Positions 28,874 to 39,741 of a stretch of 64,000 nt of DNA are shown here, in pieces. Position numbers and translations under genes: made by a program. Source of the stretch: Takakia lepidozioides (Eukaryota > Plantae > Bryophyta); contig CM060732.1 in assembly GCA_030704615.1 (NCBI GenBank), positions 79,670,001 through 79,734,000 on the forward strand, read 5' to 3'. Under the pieces are notes generated by a model. The model was not told where the DNA came from. It made no database searches and saw only the letters and a program-made list of their open reading frames with translations. Position 1 is the stretch's first letter. Every line of letters begins with the position of its first letter.

Positions 28874-31606
28874 GGGGGATGCTAGTCCGTGAGCGGCTCA
28901 CGTGAGCGGGGAGATGCGTGAGCGAGAAGATGCCAATCCGTGAGCGGAAAGATGCTCACGCCAGAGGGAGTAGGGGCCCACAACCGCAGACGGTGATAAC
29001 CCAAGGGACCTATTCCCGTGGGAACGAGTGAAAATATAATGCGTACCTGGATTTGGAAATGGATGAACGTGGATGAATATGAATGTTGGTTGGATGTTAC
29101 ATTAATGATGGCTGAGTGTGGGGCGAATGATGGATGATGTATGCTGGAACACTGGATGAGCGACGGTGTGACAAATTTGGAATGGAAGAATTTCGGTCAG
29201 TTGATGAATGGACTTATGTTTTGGATGCATGAACAATGTACGTGCATATGTGTAAGGACTGGAAGTATTGTGGACCCACAGAGAGTGTATGAATGGACTT
29301 GCAAGTGAAGATGAGAATTTTTTTGTCCAAAATATGTCTTATGTAGTCAAAGTTGGGGAGGGAGGCACGCAGTTGAAGCAAGAGAAGCAATCTTGTGACA
29401 ATTGATTACCTAGATATTCCCCAACAGGTGGAACCAATCGGAAAATTTCTATGCACTGGAACTTGTGGTACCTCCGGACTCCGATGCTCTAATGTCCATA
29501 AAGATCCTAGCCCTGATGTCCACCTTTTCTACATGATTTATGCAAAGTAGAGGGGGAGAGTGGCAAAGAGTAAACTCTCTAGCGGCGGCCTCAGCATAGC
29601 ATGGCAACTGTAGGGGGGGAGGTGGGCTCGAGAAAAATTCCGGGTTAGCAAAGAAAGGGATGCTTCTCCTTGTTTTTGGTGTCCTGCAAAGATTCCCAAA
29701 GTTGCAAGACCTGTAAGCAGAAAGACAGGACCGCGGAAGGGAAATGCTTGTCAACAAAAATGAAGATCTGTATAATATAAAAACCGACACTTCATCCAAA
29801 ACAAACCGGACTTACATACACTCAAAGTCGGAGTCCACGTCGAGATCTTCATCTGGAAGATCTCGATCGTCGAAATTTGTTTCTTTGTGTGGGGCCGATG
29901 TTGAGCCGGAGGTGAGTTGTTGAATCTCGCATGAAAACAGCTCCGCATCCCCCTCCATGCCGAAGAAGTGTCTACTGGCGCTCTTGCAGGCATGGAATGT
30001 TGCACCTACAAACGTACATAACGAATGGTTAGAAAATCAAGAATAATTACAAATTTAAGATCCTAGATACGATAGAGGAGGAGACTTGGCAGGGCACACC
30101 TGTTCCCAAACATAAATCCACCACCCGCCCCCCATGCCGGCTGCAAATCTCCACCAGAGTCTGCATGAATGCTGGAGATTTCTCCCGAGCACCTCTCCAA
30201 GGGACACCATTCGTCCTTTTCATGGTCCACCCGGAGTCCACGTAATTGTATAGGACATCGTCCCCCACAGGCTCACAGGTGGGGTCGATGTGTGCTGCAA
30301 GGTCTCTCAACTGGAACTCCACAATACCGGCAGGGAGGGTGTCCTTTCGCATCCTCACCAAGCACAAAGCCTCGAACACCCGAGTCTGCATTCCCCCCCC
30401 AAAACAGTCAGTTTTCGAACATGCTCAACGAGCTCAACTGAATGAAAGCACAAGAAGAGGCAGGCCACAATGCTGAACTCACCCTCTGTCCTGGGAACTC
30501 CCCCTTGGAAAGTGGAAGAGTGTTGATGCACGTCCATGTTTTGATGACCTTAAATCCGGAAGCCTTCATGTAACTGAAAAGGGTTATGCGCGCCAACATG
30601 TCTTTTGCTTGCAAAAGTAGAAGTGCTCCTGCATCAGACAAAAATTTGTTGCTGAAGGAAAAAACCCACTGCCAGAAAAGGGTATCTGACTTGTTCCACG
30701 ATGGCGTTGTGTTCGATGGCAAGACATCCGACACAGGCAAACCATCTGGAATATCTAGCACCACCAGGTCTGTTGCGTACGCTTGCTGGCTTCCATTCAC
30801 CCATTCAGGTCTTTTGGTGACCTATTTCACATAACAAAAATAATAGACCAGTTAGGAGCACAACTCAATTTTGAACATAGTGAAGAACACCCCAGGCAAA
30901 GTTTTGTGTGGTTACCTGTTTGAGGAAAGAAACCAGGATGTCCCAAGTCTTCGATTTCTCTCCTTTGAAAGTGGATTTCCTGGATTCCATCATTGCCAAG
31001 AAGCTCTCGTTAATCACCTCAAATTCATACTGACCCAAAACCCGAGAAGGGTGCTCTCTGGCCTCGTAAGGTTGTTCTTTAGTTTTCGGAGTTCTCCTGT
31101 CCTTGTGAGTTGGAGAGGGTAGACGCTCCGTGGTGTCCTGCACAGACTGTTCCTGCCCAGCCACAATCTTGCCCTTACCCTTCCCGTCACCTGCGCTCTT
31201 CCCTTTGCGTTTAGGAGTGCTAATTTTTTCCGGCTCCTTTGCTGCGAGGGATTGAATTATTCTCTCCTAAATTTCCTTGTCATTGAGTGGTGCAAGAGCT
31301 GTTGCATTATCATTGAAGTTGCACATCACCACCTCCTCAAACGGTGTGTCCTGTTTCGGCAAGTCCAAGTACCAGCCACAGTCTCTGAAGTGTGCCCTGC
31401 CCCAGTCCTTCGCGATTCCCGCAGTGTACATTGTTTTGTCCTTAGTGGGGTCCGCCCACATGAAAATGAAATCCGGTTCATCACTGAGGTACTTGCCCGG
31501 AATGAGGACATGGTATATGTACGTGGAAATCAAACCCAAATGAGCAGTTTGGTGAAGGTAATTGTCAGTCAGACACAAAGAAGATGGAAAAATAAAGTAC
31601 CTCGAT

Positions 31607-32052
31607 CAACCTTGCGTTGACGCAAGGTTGTTCGAGGCATCCCAACGAATTGCGAAAACCAACAATGAAAACACAAAATTGGTCTAGTACGAGCAACGAA
31701 CAACCTTGCGTCAACGCAAGGCTGAACAATGCATTGAGGTATAACTTAAATGTACAGCTAAAATCAAGCCTCAAACAACCTTGCGTTAACGCAAGGTTGA
31801 AATGAGTCTGTAAAATGAATATTGAGAAGCAGAATTTGAAACGAAGAGACAGTGGAGAAGAAGATGATGATCGAAATATGTACTACAACGTGCAGATAAA
31901 TTTGAAAAAATGTTGTTCTGCAAGACCTACATCCAACCTTGCGTCAACGCAAGGTTGGAACATGTCTGGAGAAGTAGCACACAACAAACAGGAATTAGTA
32001 CATGAAGTGGAGTATCATATGCCCGAACCAACCTTGCGTTGACGCAAGGCTA
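31607..32052. repeat. Intronic array of 5 palindromes CAACCTTGCGTYRACGCAAGGTTG
   Basis: Copies start at 31607, 31701, 31776, 31934 and 32029. Confidence 0.95.
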
Positions 32053-34035
32053 AATTGCGACTGGAAATTGAATGACTGACGATCATAATAGCCCTACCTT
32101 GTAAGTCCAAGTTCAGCCTTGTCAGAACATAAGGGGGATTTGAGGAAGCAAAACGCAAACACAAAGAAACGTGATACTTGTACAAGACTCGCTTCATAGC
32201 TTGTTCGCTATTGTACTGATTCTTGAACTCATTCGACCTTGAAATGCCTTTGTCTCTTTCAAACTCCCTATAGAAACAGTTGTTCCATATTGCACTTTTC
32301 CATCTCCGTATGTATTGATCTAGAGAGATTATGGGTGTCGTCATGGTGATTTTGTAGTCAGCCAACGACTCCCCCAGTGCTGCAATTGCACGCTTCTCCA
32401 GCTGTCCAAACAAGGCAATTGTGAGGCATCGGAGACAAGAAAACGGAATCATGGATTAATGCAGACTGCAAGAATGGGTTGTTTATCTCACCTGGCTCCA
32501 GAATGTAGCTTTGTGAAGCCACTGGTCGAAGGAGTGGTCGCTCACCACTTTTATCACATTGGTTTTGGGGTCTCTCTCTGTTCTTGGAGAGGACGTGTCC
32601 TTCACCAGAGGATCCGAGTTCCAAATCTCCAACCACCTGATTTTGGTTGCGGTGTCCACCATTGAAATGGAGAGGCGATGCAGCTTCTCTTGGGTCATTT
32701 CGGGCTTAGTTCCGTACTTGTCGTAGTGCACTTTGACTTGCTCCAGAAACTCTGAGCCGAGACCTGGATCTGCAATGCAGATTTGTTTGTCAAAAGCACT
32801 CAACAGGTTCTTTATGTGGTTATCCATCTCAAACCGGATTGCCTCCGCCACCCCCACAGCAGACCTCTCCTCCTCTACGTGAGTGGTGTAGTATTCGGCC
32901 TTCGCCTTCAAGCCTGTCTCCACTATCTCTTGCTGCAAACAATCCAAAATATACGATCCTTTAGTTCTCATCCATTGAATAGAGGCATCAAACTAGTCTG
33001 AAATTGAATTCGGTTTATGTTTCTTTACCGTGTACATGTAGTCAAGAAATGCCTCTCTTGTCAGGCTATACCAGGTGACGAGCTTCTTCTCCCTGCATCT
33101 CTTCATTTGACTTTGGCTCAACACGTTCGCAAACAATTCCAGAGGCATCATACCAATCTTCTGGACCCGGAAAAGGGTGTGGCAGAGGTTGGTTGTTACG
33201 TGGGAGGTTTCGTTTGATCTGCATTGAACAGTCACGTTGCCAATTAAAAAAATAACAACCAGAAATAGAGCAAAGCATCCACATAATGCACAACAACTCC
33301 AGAAAACTTACATGTCGATGTCGTGCATGGCAGTGAGCAGCTGTGTGATTCGTCCTTTGTGATCAAGGACCATAGAATAAATGCTCCAGTGCCAATCCTT
33401 CTCGTCTGAGTGTAATTCGGATATGTAGTCCATCCAGGCAAGCAACCGATGATTGTCATCCCACACAAAAAAACATCTTCCCCATGAAAACTTTCGTGGA
33501 TGCCTTTTTGGATAGTTTGGCCTCTCTCTGTTAACTTCACGCCAACTTTGATCCCAACCATGCTCTATCTCTTCTGATACAGGGCACTCTTCGCCCTTTG
33601 TGTCAGTTGTGGAAACATAGAACACGGCAGATCCCTTCACATACCCATGCACGAAATCATTCTTCAGTTTCCTTATGTCATTTCTGAGAGTTGGGCGGAC
33701 AGCTTGCATCGATACCATTCTGCACAGTGGGATAAAAAGATCTCCACCAAGAATTTCCATTGACAGGATTACCTTCGAAGAGTTCACCTTCTGTCCAGCT
33801 ATAACAGCCTCTGCTCTATTTTCGTAATGTTCGTCATCGCCTTCGTCGGCATCCCCATACTCTTCCTCTTCTCCGTCTCCGGCAGGTTCTTTCCTTTTCC
33901 TTTTCCTCTATTGAAAAAGTAAGATCTGACATTCATGAAGTCTGTTGTTGAAAACAATGACAGAGAAACATGCAGCGTCTTGGCCCAAAACATCCTTGCT
34001 CGAAATGAAAATGACCCTTGGTTTGCATCCCAAAT

Positions 34036-34563
34036 CAACCTTGCGTTGACGCAAGGTTGATAGTGGGGCTTGCAACAGTGGGACTGAATGAAAATGTGGA
34101 CACTGGCAGGACTCTCAAACAACCTTGCGTCAACGCAAGGTTGTTTGATGAGCTCCAAATGATCAAAAAACTGCATCAATTCGAAACTGGTTTGCAGCCC
34201 AAATCAACATTGCGTTAACGCAAGGTTGATTCTTCGGCTTGAAACTGTGAAAGTGACGGCCAAGACAGCCATCTGGTGGACTCTCAATCAACCTTGCGTC
34301 AATGCAAGGTTGATTGATGAGCTTCATCCTTGAAAAAAAAAAACTCAAACAACACGTTTGGAGCCCATATCAACCTTGCGTTGACGCAAGGTTGTTTCTA
34401 GGGCAGGTACCTTTGTGAGTGAAGTCCAAAAGAGACATTGTCTGGACTCTCAAACAACCTTGCGTCAACGCAAGGTTGTCTGATATGCTTCGACCTTACA
34501 AAAAACCATTTAGATGGACACACGACTACAGCCCAAAATCAACCTTGCGTTGACGCAAGATTG
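34036..34563. repeat. Intronic array of 7 palindromes CAACCTTGCGTYRACGCAAGGTTG, ~84 bp period
   Basis: Copies start at 34036, 34120, 34205, 34289, 34371, 34455 and 34540. Confidence 0.95.
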
Positions 34564-35726
34564 ATTTGGTCTTGAATCTGTGGGAGTGAATGGAAAACAG
34601 GAAACGCAAGATTGGCGAAGTGAGATTCAGATGTCAAAAGAAATGAGACCGGTACATATAGTGGAACGTCACACATACCTCGTCTTGCTTCTTCGCAGCG
34701 CTCGAAGATGCACCGCCCGTGTGGCTTGCCTCCTTCAACTCGTGTGGGAGGACAGGTCCCAGAAGTTCGGGCTGGTGGGTGACAAAACCATGCACTCCAT
34801 CCTCCGGTGTCTCTTCCATTATGCGGACAACCTGAAAATGTTGACGGAGGTGGGTCTTGGGTTCCTCATCTCCACTCTCATAGGATTGTAGCTCGCTGGG
34901 CCCCTTCTCCACTGCGGCTACACCCTCTGGAGACTGTCGTAAAACTACTCCTCCGCCCTCTTCCACTCCGGCCTCTGACTCTCCCACTCCACCGGCGTCC
35001 CCCTCCCCTGTTTCCTCCCCCAACATGAGTTCCCTCCGGATCTTTTTCATTCTATTCTTCGCCTGTAGCCTTTGCTTTTTAGATGTGTAGTAAAGAGTTC
35101 GGCGGCGCCTTCTTGTTCATCGAGAGGGAGTCTCGCTTTCGACTGGATCCAGGATTGCAAGTAGGGAGGAAGAATGAGGTGCGGGAAAGAGGGAGTGCGC
35201 TTGCCTCTCACCCAACCCTACTGCGCCAAGATGCCAGTTTCTTGGAGAGGCGGGGGGATGGCGTGGTGCATCTGCATGCAAGGCACGTCGTCCCTGTACG
35301 GTCCTTAATCGCACTAAAATAAGGTTTCCCTAAACCCTGAACCCTTAACTGGCTTACTCACGTTTGGGAATTTTAGGTTTTCGCTTCAGTGGTGGTGTCT
35401 TCTCCACATCGTCTGCTCATTCGAGACAATTAAAGTAAAACAAAGAGAACAATTTCATCCTATCTGCTTTTCATCTACAATTATGACACTTCACATCTTA
35501 AGATAGAATGAATGGGTGGCTTGACGGCTGGTGTCCTGTGAAAAAACCCGTTGAATATAGACAGTTAATAATTACATTCATCCATATTGTCGTGCATCGG
35601 CGGAGACGCTCTTGTAGGGGAAATTCTAGTTGTTTTTTGCAATCCACAGACGTATGGCTGCTTGCTCGAGTGCTGGCACACTTTGTTGAACACTGTTACA
35701 ATACCGTACTCTTCTCTGCTTTTTGA

Positions 35727-37105
35727 ATGGCTCTCAAAGATGAGTTGGTAAATTTTTACTGTGCTTACAAATCGCTCCCCCTAACCAAAGTGATAGACAC
35801 CATGGGATGGCAACCGTGGGAGAGGATGTCCTTTGTAGAAGCTTGGATCTGCAAGTTCATACTGTGCATGTGGAGAAAGAAGTGCACGACTCCACCCGTA
35901 GGGTCGACAGTATGATGATTCTGGAGCCATATGTGTGCGATGACCATATTAGACAATGGAGTCGTGCATGGAGATCAACGACGTTTGTCTGCAAGTTCAA
36001 CACTCACACCAGGAACTGCCGCTTCGGTGGCTCCGGCCTTCACACCTGCTACAATTAAAAAAGAGGACACCAGCACTTCGACGCCTTTTGTGGATCTCTC
36101 GAAAAGCTCTGGTGACGACGACATCTCTGAGATTCCACCTCCACCACACCTGTCTTCTGTCGAAGAACCAGATGTCCAGGAGATAGGCAGTGTGGTTCCA
36201 AAGTTGCAGTCTATGAAAGGCTTGCCAAACTGCAGAAGTGACGTGCATGGAATTGCATGGGGGGGCAATAAAGATTGTAAGAGCAAAATACCTTCCTGCA
36301 GAATTTGATGGGGATGTGGTTTTTGAGCTGCCACCTCCGACGTCCTTTGGGGGTTTGGGGGGACTCATGCAAGGGATGGACAAGAAGCACGACGGACACC
36401 CTTGGTGTTGAACTAAGACAACCCACATACATAACCCTCATGGCTTGTCTTTTTCGTAGATCAGTCTGTATTGGGCACCTCTGTTGTGGAAATGAAGCCT
36501 GCAACTGCCTGTCATTGAGAGGCTCCCCAAACGAGACGGAGTGGGAGGGTTGCGCTGATAACCCATTCGACGTGGGGTGCCCACCTCCTAAAAACACGAC
36601 GTTACTCTGCAAATATTGCAAAACGGCCCCAACATGCATTGGCACTTGCAAGGCCCGCATGTACTATGTGCTCCATCGTTTTCGCGGCCTTACCTGAGCT
36701 TGTGTTCATCTCGGCAATCATACCCACCCCGTATCGAAAGGGGATTGTCAAGAAAGTCTTGAAACAATTAGGGGACTTCTACGGCATGAGGTGGAGAATG
36801 CTCCTTATGCACCGCCATCTGCAATTGCACTTTCTGCAAGCAAGAGCTTCTTGCAAAAACACATTCTAGGGGGAGCGGAAGAGAACATTGAGAAACTGGA
36901 CAACGAAAAACTAGACGTCGTTATGGACTATTTCTCGACCCTTCGTTCACCCAATGTACGCAACCACATCAACGCACTCAGAATGGGAATAGGGAGCCCA
37001 GGTTACGTGGATAGCATCCTGGAATTGAAGCGGAGAAGCATGTGCGACTTCATTCAAGACAATGTTTTTCCTGGTCAGGGGTCATTGAAAGTGTTCTTGT
37101 TCAAG
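35727..37105 (+). pseudogene. Element A transposase, 5' half (GCM/WRKY-like Zn domain)
   Basis: GMDKKHDGHPWC...RRSVCIGHLCCGNEAC...CKYCKTAPTCIGTCKARMYY...CVHLGNHTHP. Ends ...QDNVFPGQGSLKVFLFK at the element B insertion. Contains stops and frameshifts. Confidence 0.75.
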
Positions 37106-37679
37106 CAATGACGCAATGGCGTGAGCGTTGCGCATGAGCGCACGAGCGTACGCTCACGCAGGAGTGACGTGGCATGAGCGTCATGTCAGCATGCTAATGT
37201 GGCAGCAAATGATGACGTGGCACTGTCCGTCATCTGCCACGTCAGCATTAACCTGCGCCGCCTATAACCGAGGATGGTCCTATGACCGTGGAATTAATGC
37301 AGGGAATCTTGCCTAAATAGAATCAAGACTACCATGAGGCCTACAATTGTAGCATCCAACATTGTGCACTTACAAATGCTTGTTTCACTTTTACAATTAC
37401 GAGGACGAGAAAATATCCTCACAAAGTGTGCGCCATAGAGGCTGCCACGGGAAGACCTTCCTCCCTCCTCAAAGAACAATGAGAGTTAGGATCATCTTCA
37501 AAAGATGATTGTAGTGCATAGCGACAGCAAGGTGCAATGACAAATGTGCTTTTAAAAGTTGCCACTCAGAGCTCACTCAGTATAGTTGGAGGCCATATCA
37601 TTGCACCGCCGACGAATTGATGTGAATTACACATTTCAAATCATGGTCGTCCACATACCACATTGCATAGTTGATGCTA

Positions 37680-38718
37680 CCCATGTGTTGTATCCCGCTG
37701 CAATAGAGTATCGACCTCGTTGAAACTCATAGTGGCCTAGTGAATGAAGTTGTCACGTTTGGGATCGCAAACCATCCTCTTCAAAAATATGAAATACAAA
37801 TGTTTGCAGGGTATGAATTTACCTCTCTTGCCCAAACTGGTTGATAGCATATTCACAAAATCAGGACATGTGCAATTGGGGAAATTGGAAACCGTGATGT
37901 CGTAGGTCCTGTCATGAACAGCAGATGTGGAAGTGATGATTGTGAATACCCGACCATATCCTGGATCGGGTACTTCCGTGGTGCTTCCAACACGAGCTTG
38001 GAGCATTCTTACGGACTCCACTTTGCCAAAGTGTTCAGCGGTTGGAGGGAAACGCCGAACGAGCTTTCCATCTCGTTTGGTTGGCCACAAGTCAGGATTT
38101 GCCGGGGGGACCCGGGAGGACCCAAAAGTAGTAGCACATGCATGGAGTTGGGGTTGTCTCGCAAGGGAAAAGCCTGCCTCCTCCAGCATTTCAATCTCCT
38201 GAAATCTAAGATGTGTTCCCACCTTCACGGGCCAACGGAGGAGGAGCCAGCTCGAATAGGATATCGCCATCAAAAGTCTCTGGCAAGAACTTCACAGGCA
38301 CCTGCTTCAAAGATTCCCAATCAATTCCTCGCAACTCACTTTTGATTCCAGCCATTCCTCCCATCGCCCGTAGTTTTGGAATGACACTACAAATCTCTTC
38401 TTCATCAGCTTCTCCAACCACAGTAGGAAGGACTGGATTTGGAATTTCACTTATATCATCATCGGACGAATCCGAAAGCTCAACGATTGGAGTGGAGGAC
38501 GTCTGTTCTTTTTTCACCACCACCTCCCTTTTGTCTTCAACGACCGAAGCAGCAGTCCCGGGCATCACATATGACCCAAGGGACTTTCGCCGAGGCTCTC
38601 CAAGTACTCTGTATCGACCAGGGCGCACTCTCCACTGGCTGACTTGAGCCGTCTCATCACGGTTTTGGAAAGAGTATTTCAACAACTTCTCTTTCAAATC
38701 GTACACTTGGGATATCAT
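37680..38718 (-). pseudogene. Element B transposase remnant, internally deleted (N-terminus joined to the SWIM-containing C-terminus)
   Basis: The N-terminus PGTAASV...SDSSDDDISEIP...FDGDILFEL matches A. It joins at about 38235 directly to WPVKVGT...NFPNCTCPDF...KFIPCKHLY (SWIM). The GCM-like and DDE regions are absent. Confidence 0.82.
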
Positions 38719-39741
38719 ACACGTTCATCCTTGTTAGCCAACCCCACGTTCGTTTCACATTTTGAACTTTCCAAGTGCGCATGATCATTGGTAGTAGTAT
38801 AAAGATGCATTTACTTAATCTGCAATCCCACCCTCAGATCATGTGGCATGCTTCCAGGAAGTCGGCTTGTTATTGTGTTTATTGATGAGGTTCTGATTAA
38901 CGGTTTAACAGCTGCCGACATTGCTCCTAGGGATACTCTGACCACTGGGCCCACAAGAAAAGTAATTAAAATGGACGGATGCATATCTGGAAGGAATAAT
39001 AGAATATGCACAGTCGTCGTCTGAGCTTCCTCCGCCATATTCTCTGCTCATTCTTCAACTGTGTTCTGGAGACATCAGTAAACCGATTTACACTGAAGGT
39101 CTGCGATAGCAAGGTATCAACGTACGCGAGGAAGGAAGATGGCTTCCTCTGAAGCGGAGTTCTTCTCTGACGACAAACCAGTGTCGTTCTCCCAAAACTC
39201 TCGTTCATTTACATATATTTGTCTAAGACTGTGCGCCAAGATTTCTGGGATTCGCTATTATTTTTAAATATTGAAACCGTTCTAATAAAGAACACGCCGT
39301 TTATTTTGGGCGACACACGTCAGACATCGATAACTGAATACGAACAGCTGTACACTAATTGCTGGCATGTGCACTAATAAGGGAATGACTATGTGTAACG
39401 GTCACGCGAGAGGGAATCCGATGCTTCTAGAGACAAGCAACAACGCACGCAATCCCGCAAGAAATTGGGAGTCACTTCGTTTTTCTACTTTTCGCGCTTA
39501 GAGGGAGAGTGGTAGTCAAGCTGGAGAGGGTTCCTTCTACAATACGAAAGAGAAGAAAGTCTCTTTATTTTACTTCCCTTAGAGAGACGCAGAGCAAGAG
39601 AGCAAATGACGAGGCGTCGTTTGTTGGAGAACACAGGGCCAAGGCAACAGGTGAACGCGGAGACTGATTCACAAGAGCAGACCGAGACTGAGGCAGCGGC
39701 TAACACAGTCGGCGATAACAGTGCGCGTTGGAAACCAGCCT

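Larger units (their letters stand above)
29449..35050 (-). pseudogene. Element A cargo: spliced ParB/Srx-like + beta-class N4/N6 DNA methyltransferase-like gene, disrupted
   Basis: About 10 exons. ParB-like motif VWDDNHRLLAW. MTase-like motifs in permuted order: DLVVLDIPDG...FSNKFLSDAGALLL...WRGAREKSPAFMQTLVEICSRHGGRVVDLCLGTG|ATFHACKSASRHFFGMEGD. Has an in-frame stop at about 33800 and a frame disruption in the ParB exon. Confidence 0.75.

Noticed and set aside
31607-34563. CRISPR array (24-bp palindromic repeats with ~60-bp spacers)
   Set aside because: No cas genes or leader. The arrays lie in spliceosomal introns, the repeats alternate in orientation, and alternate spacers are related to each other.
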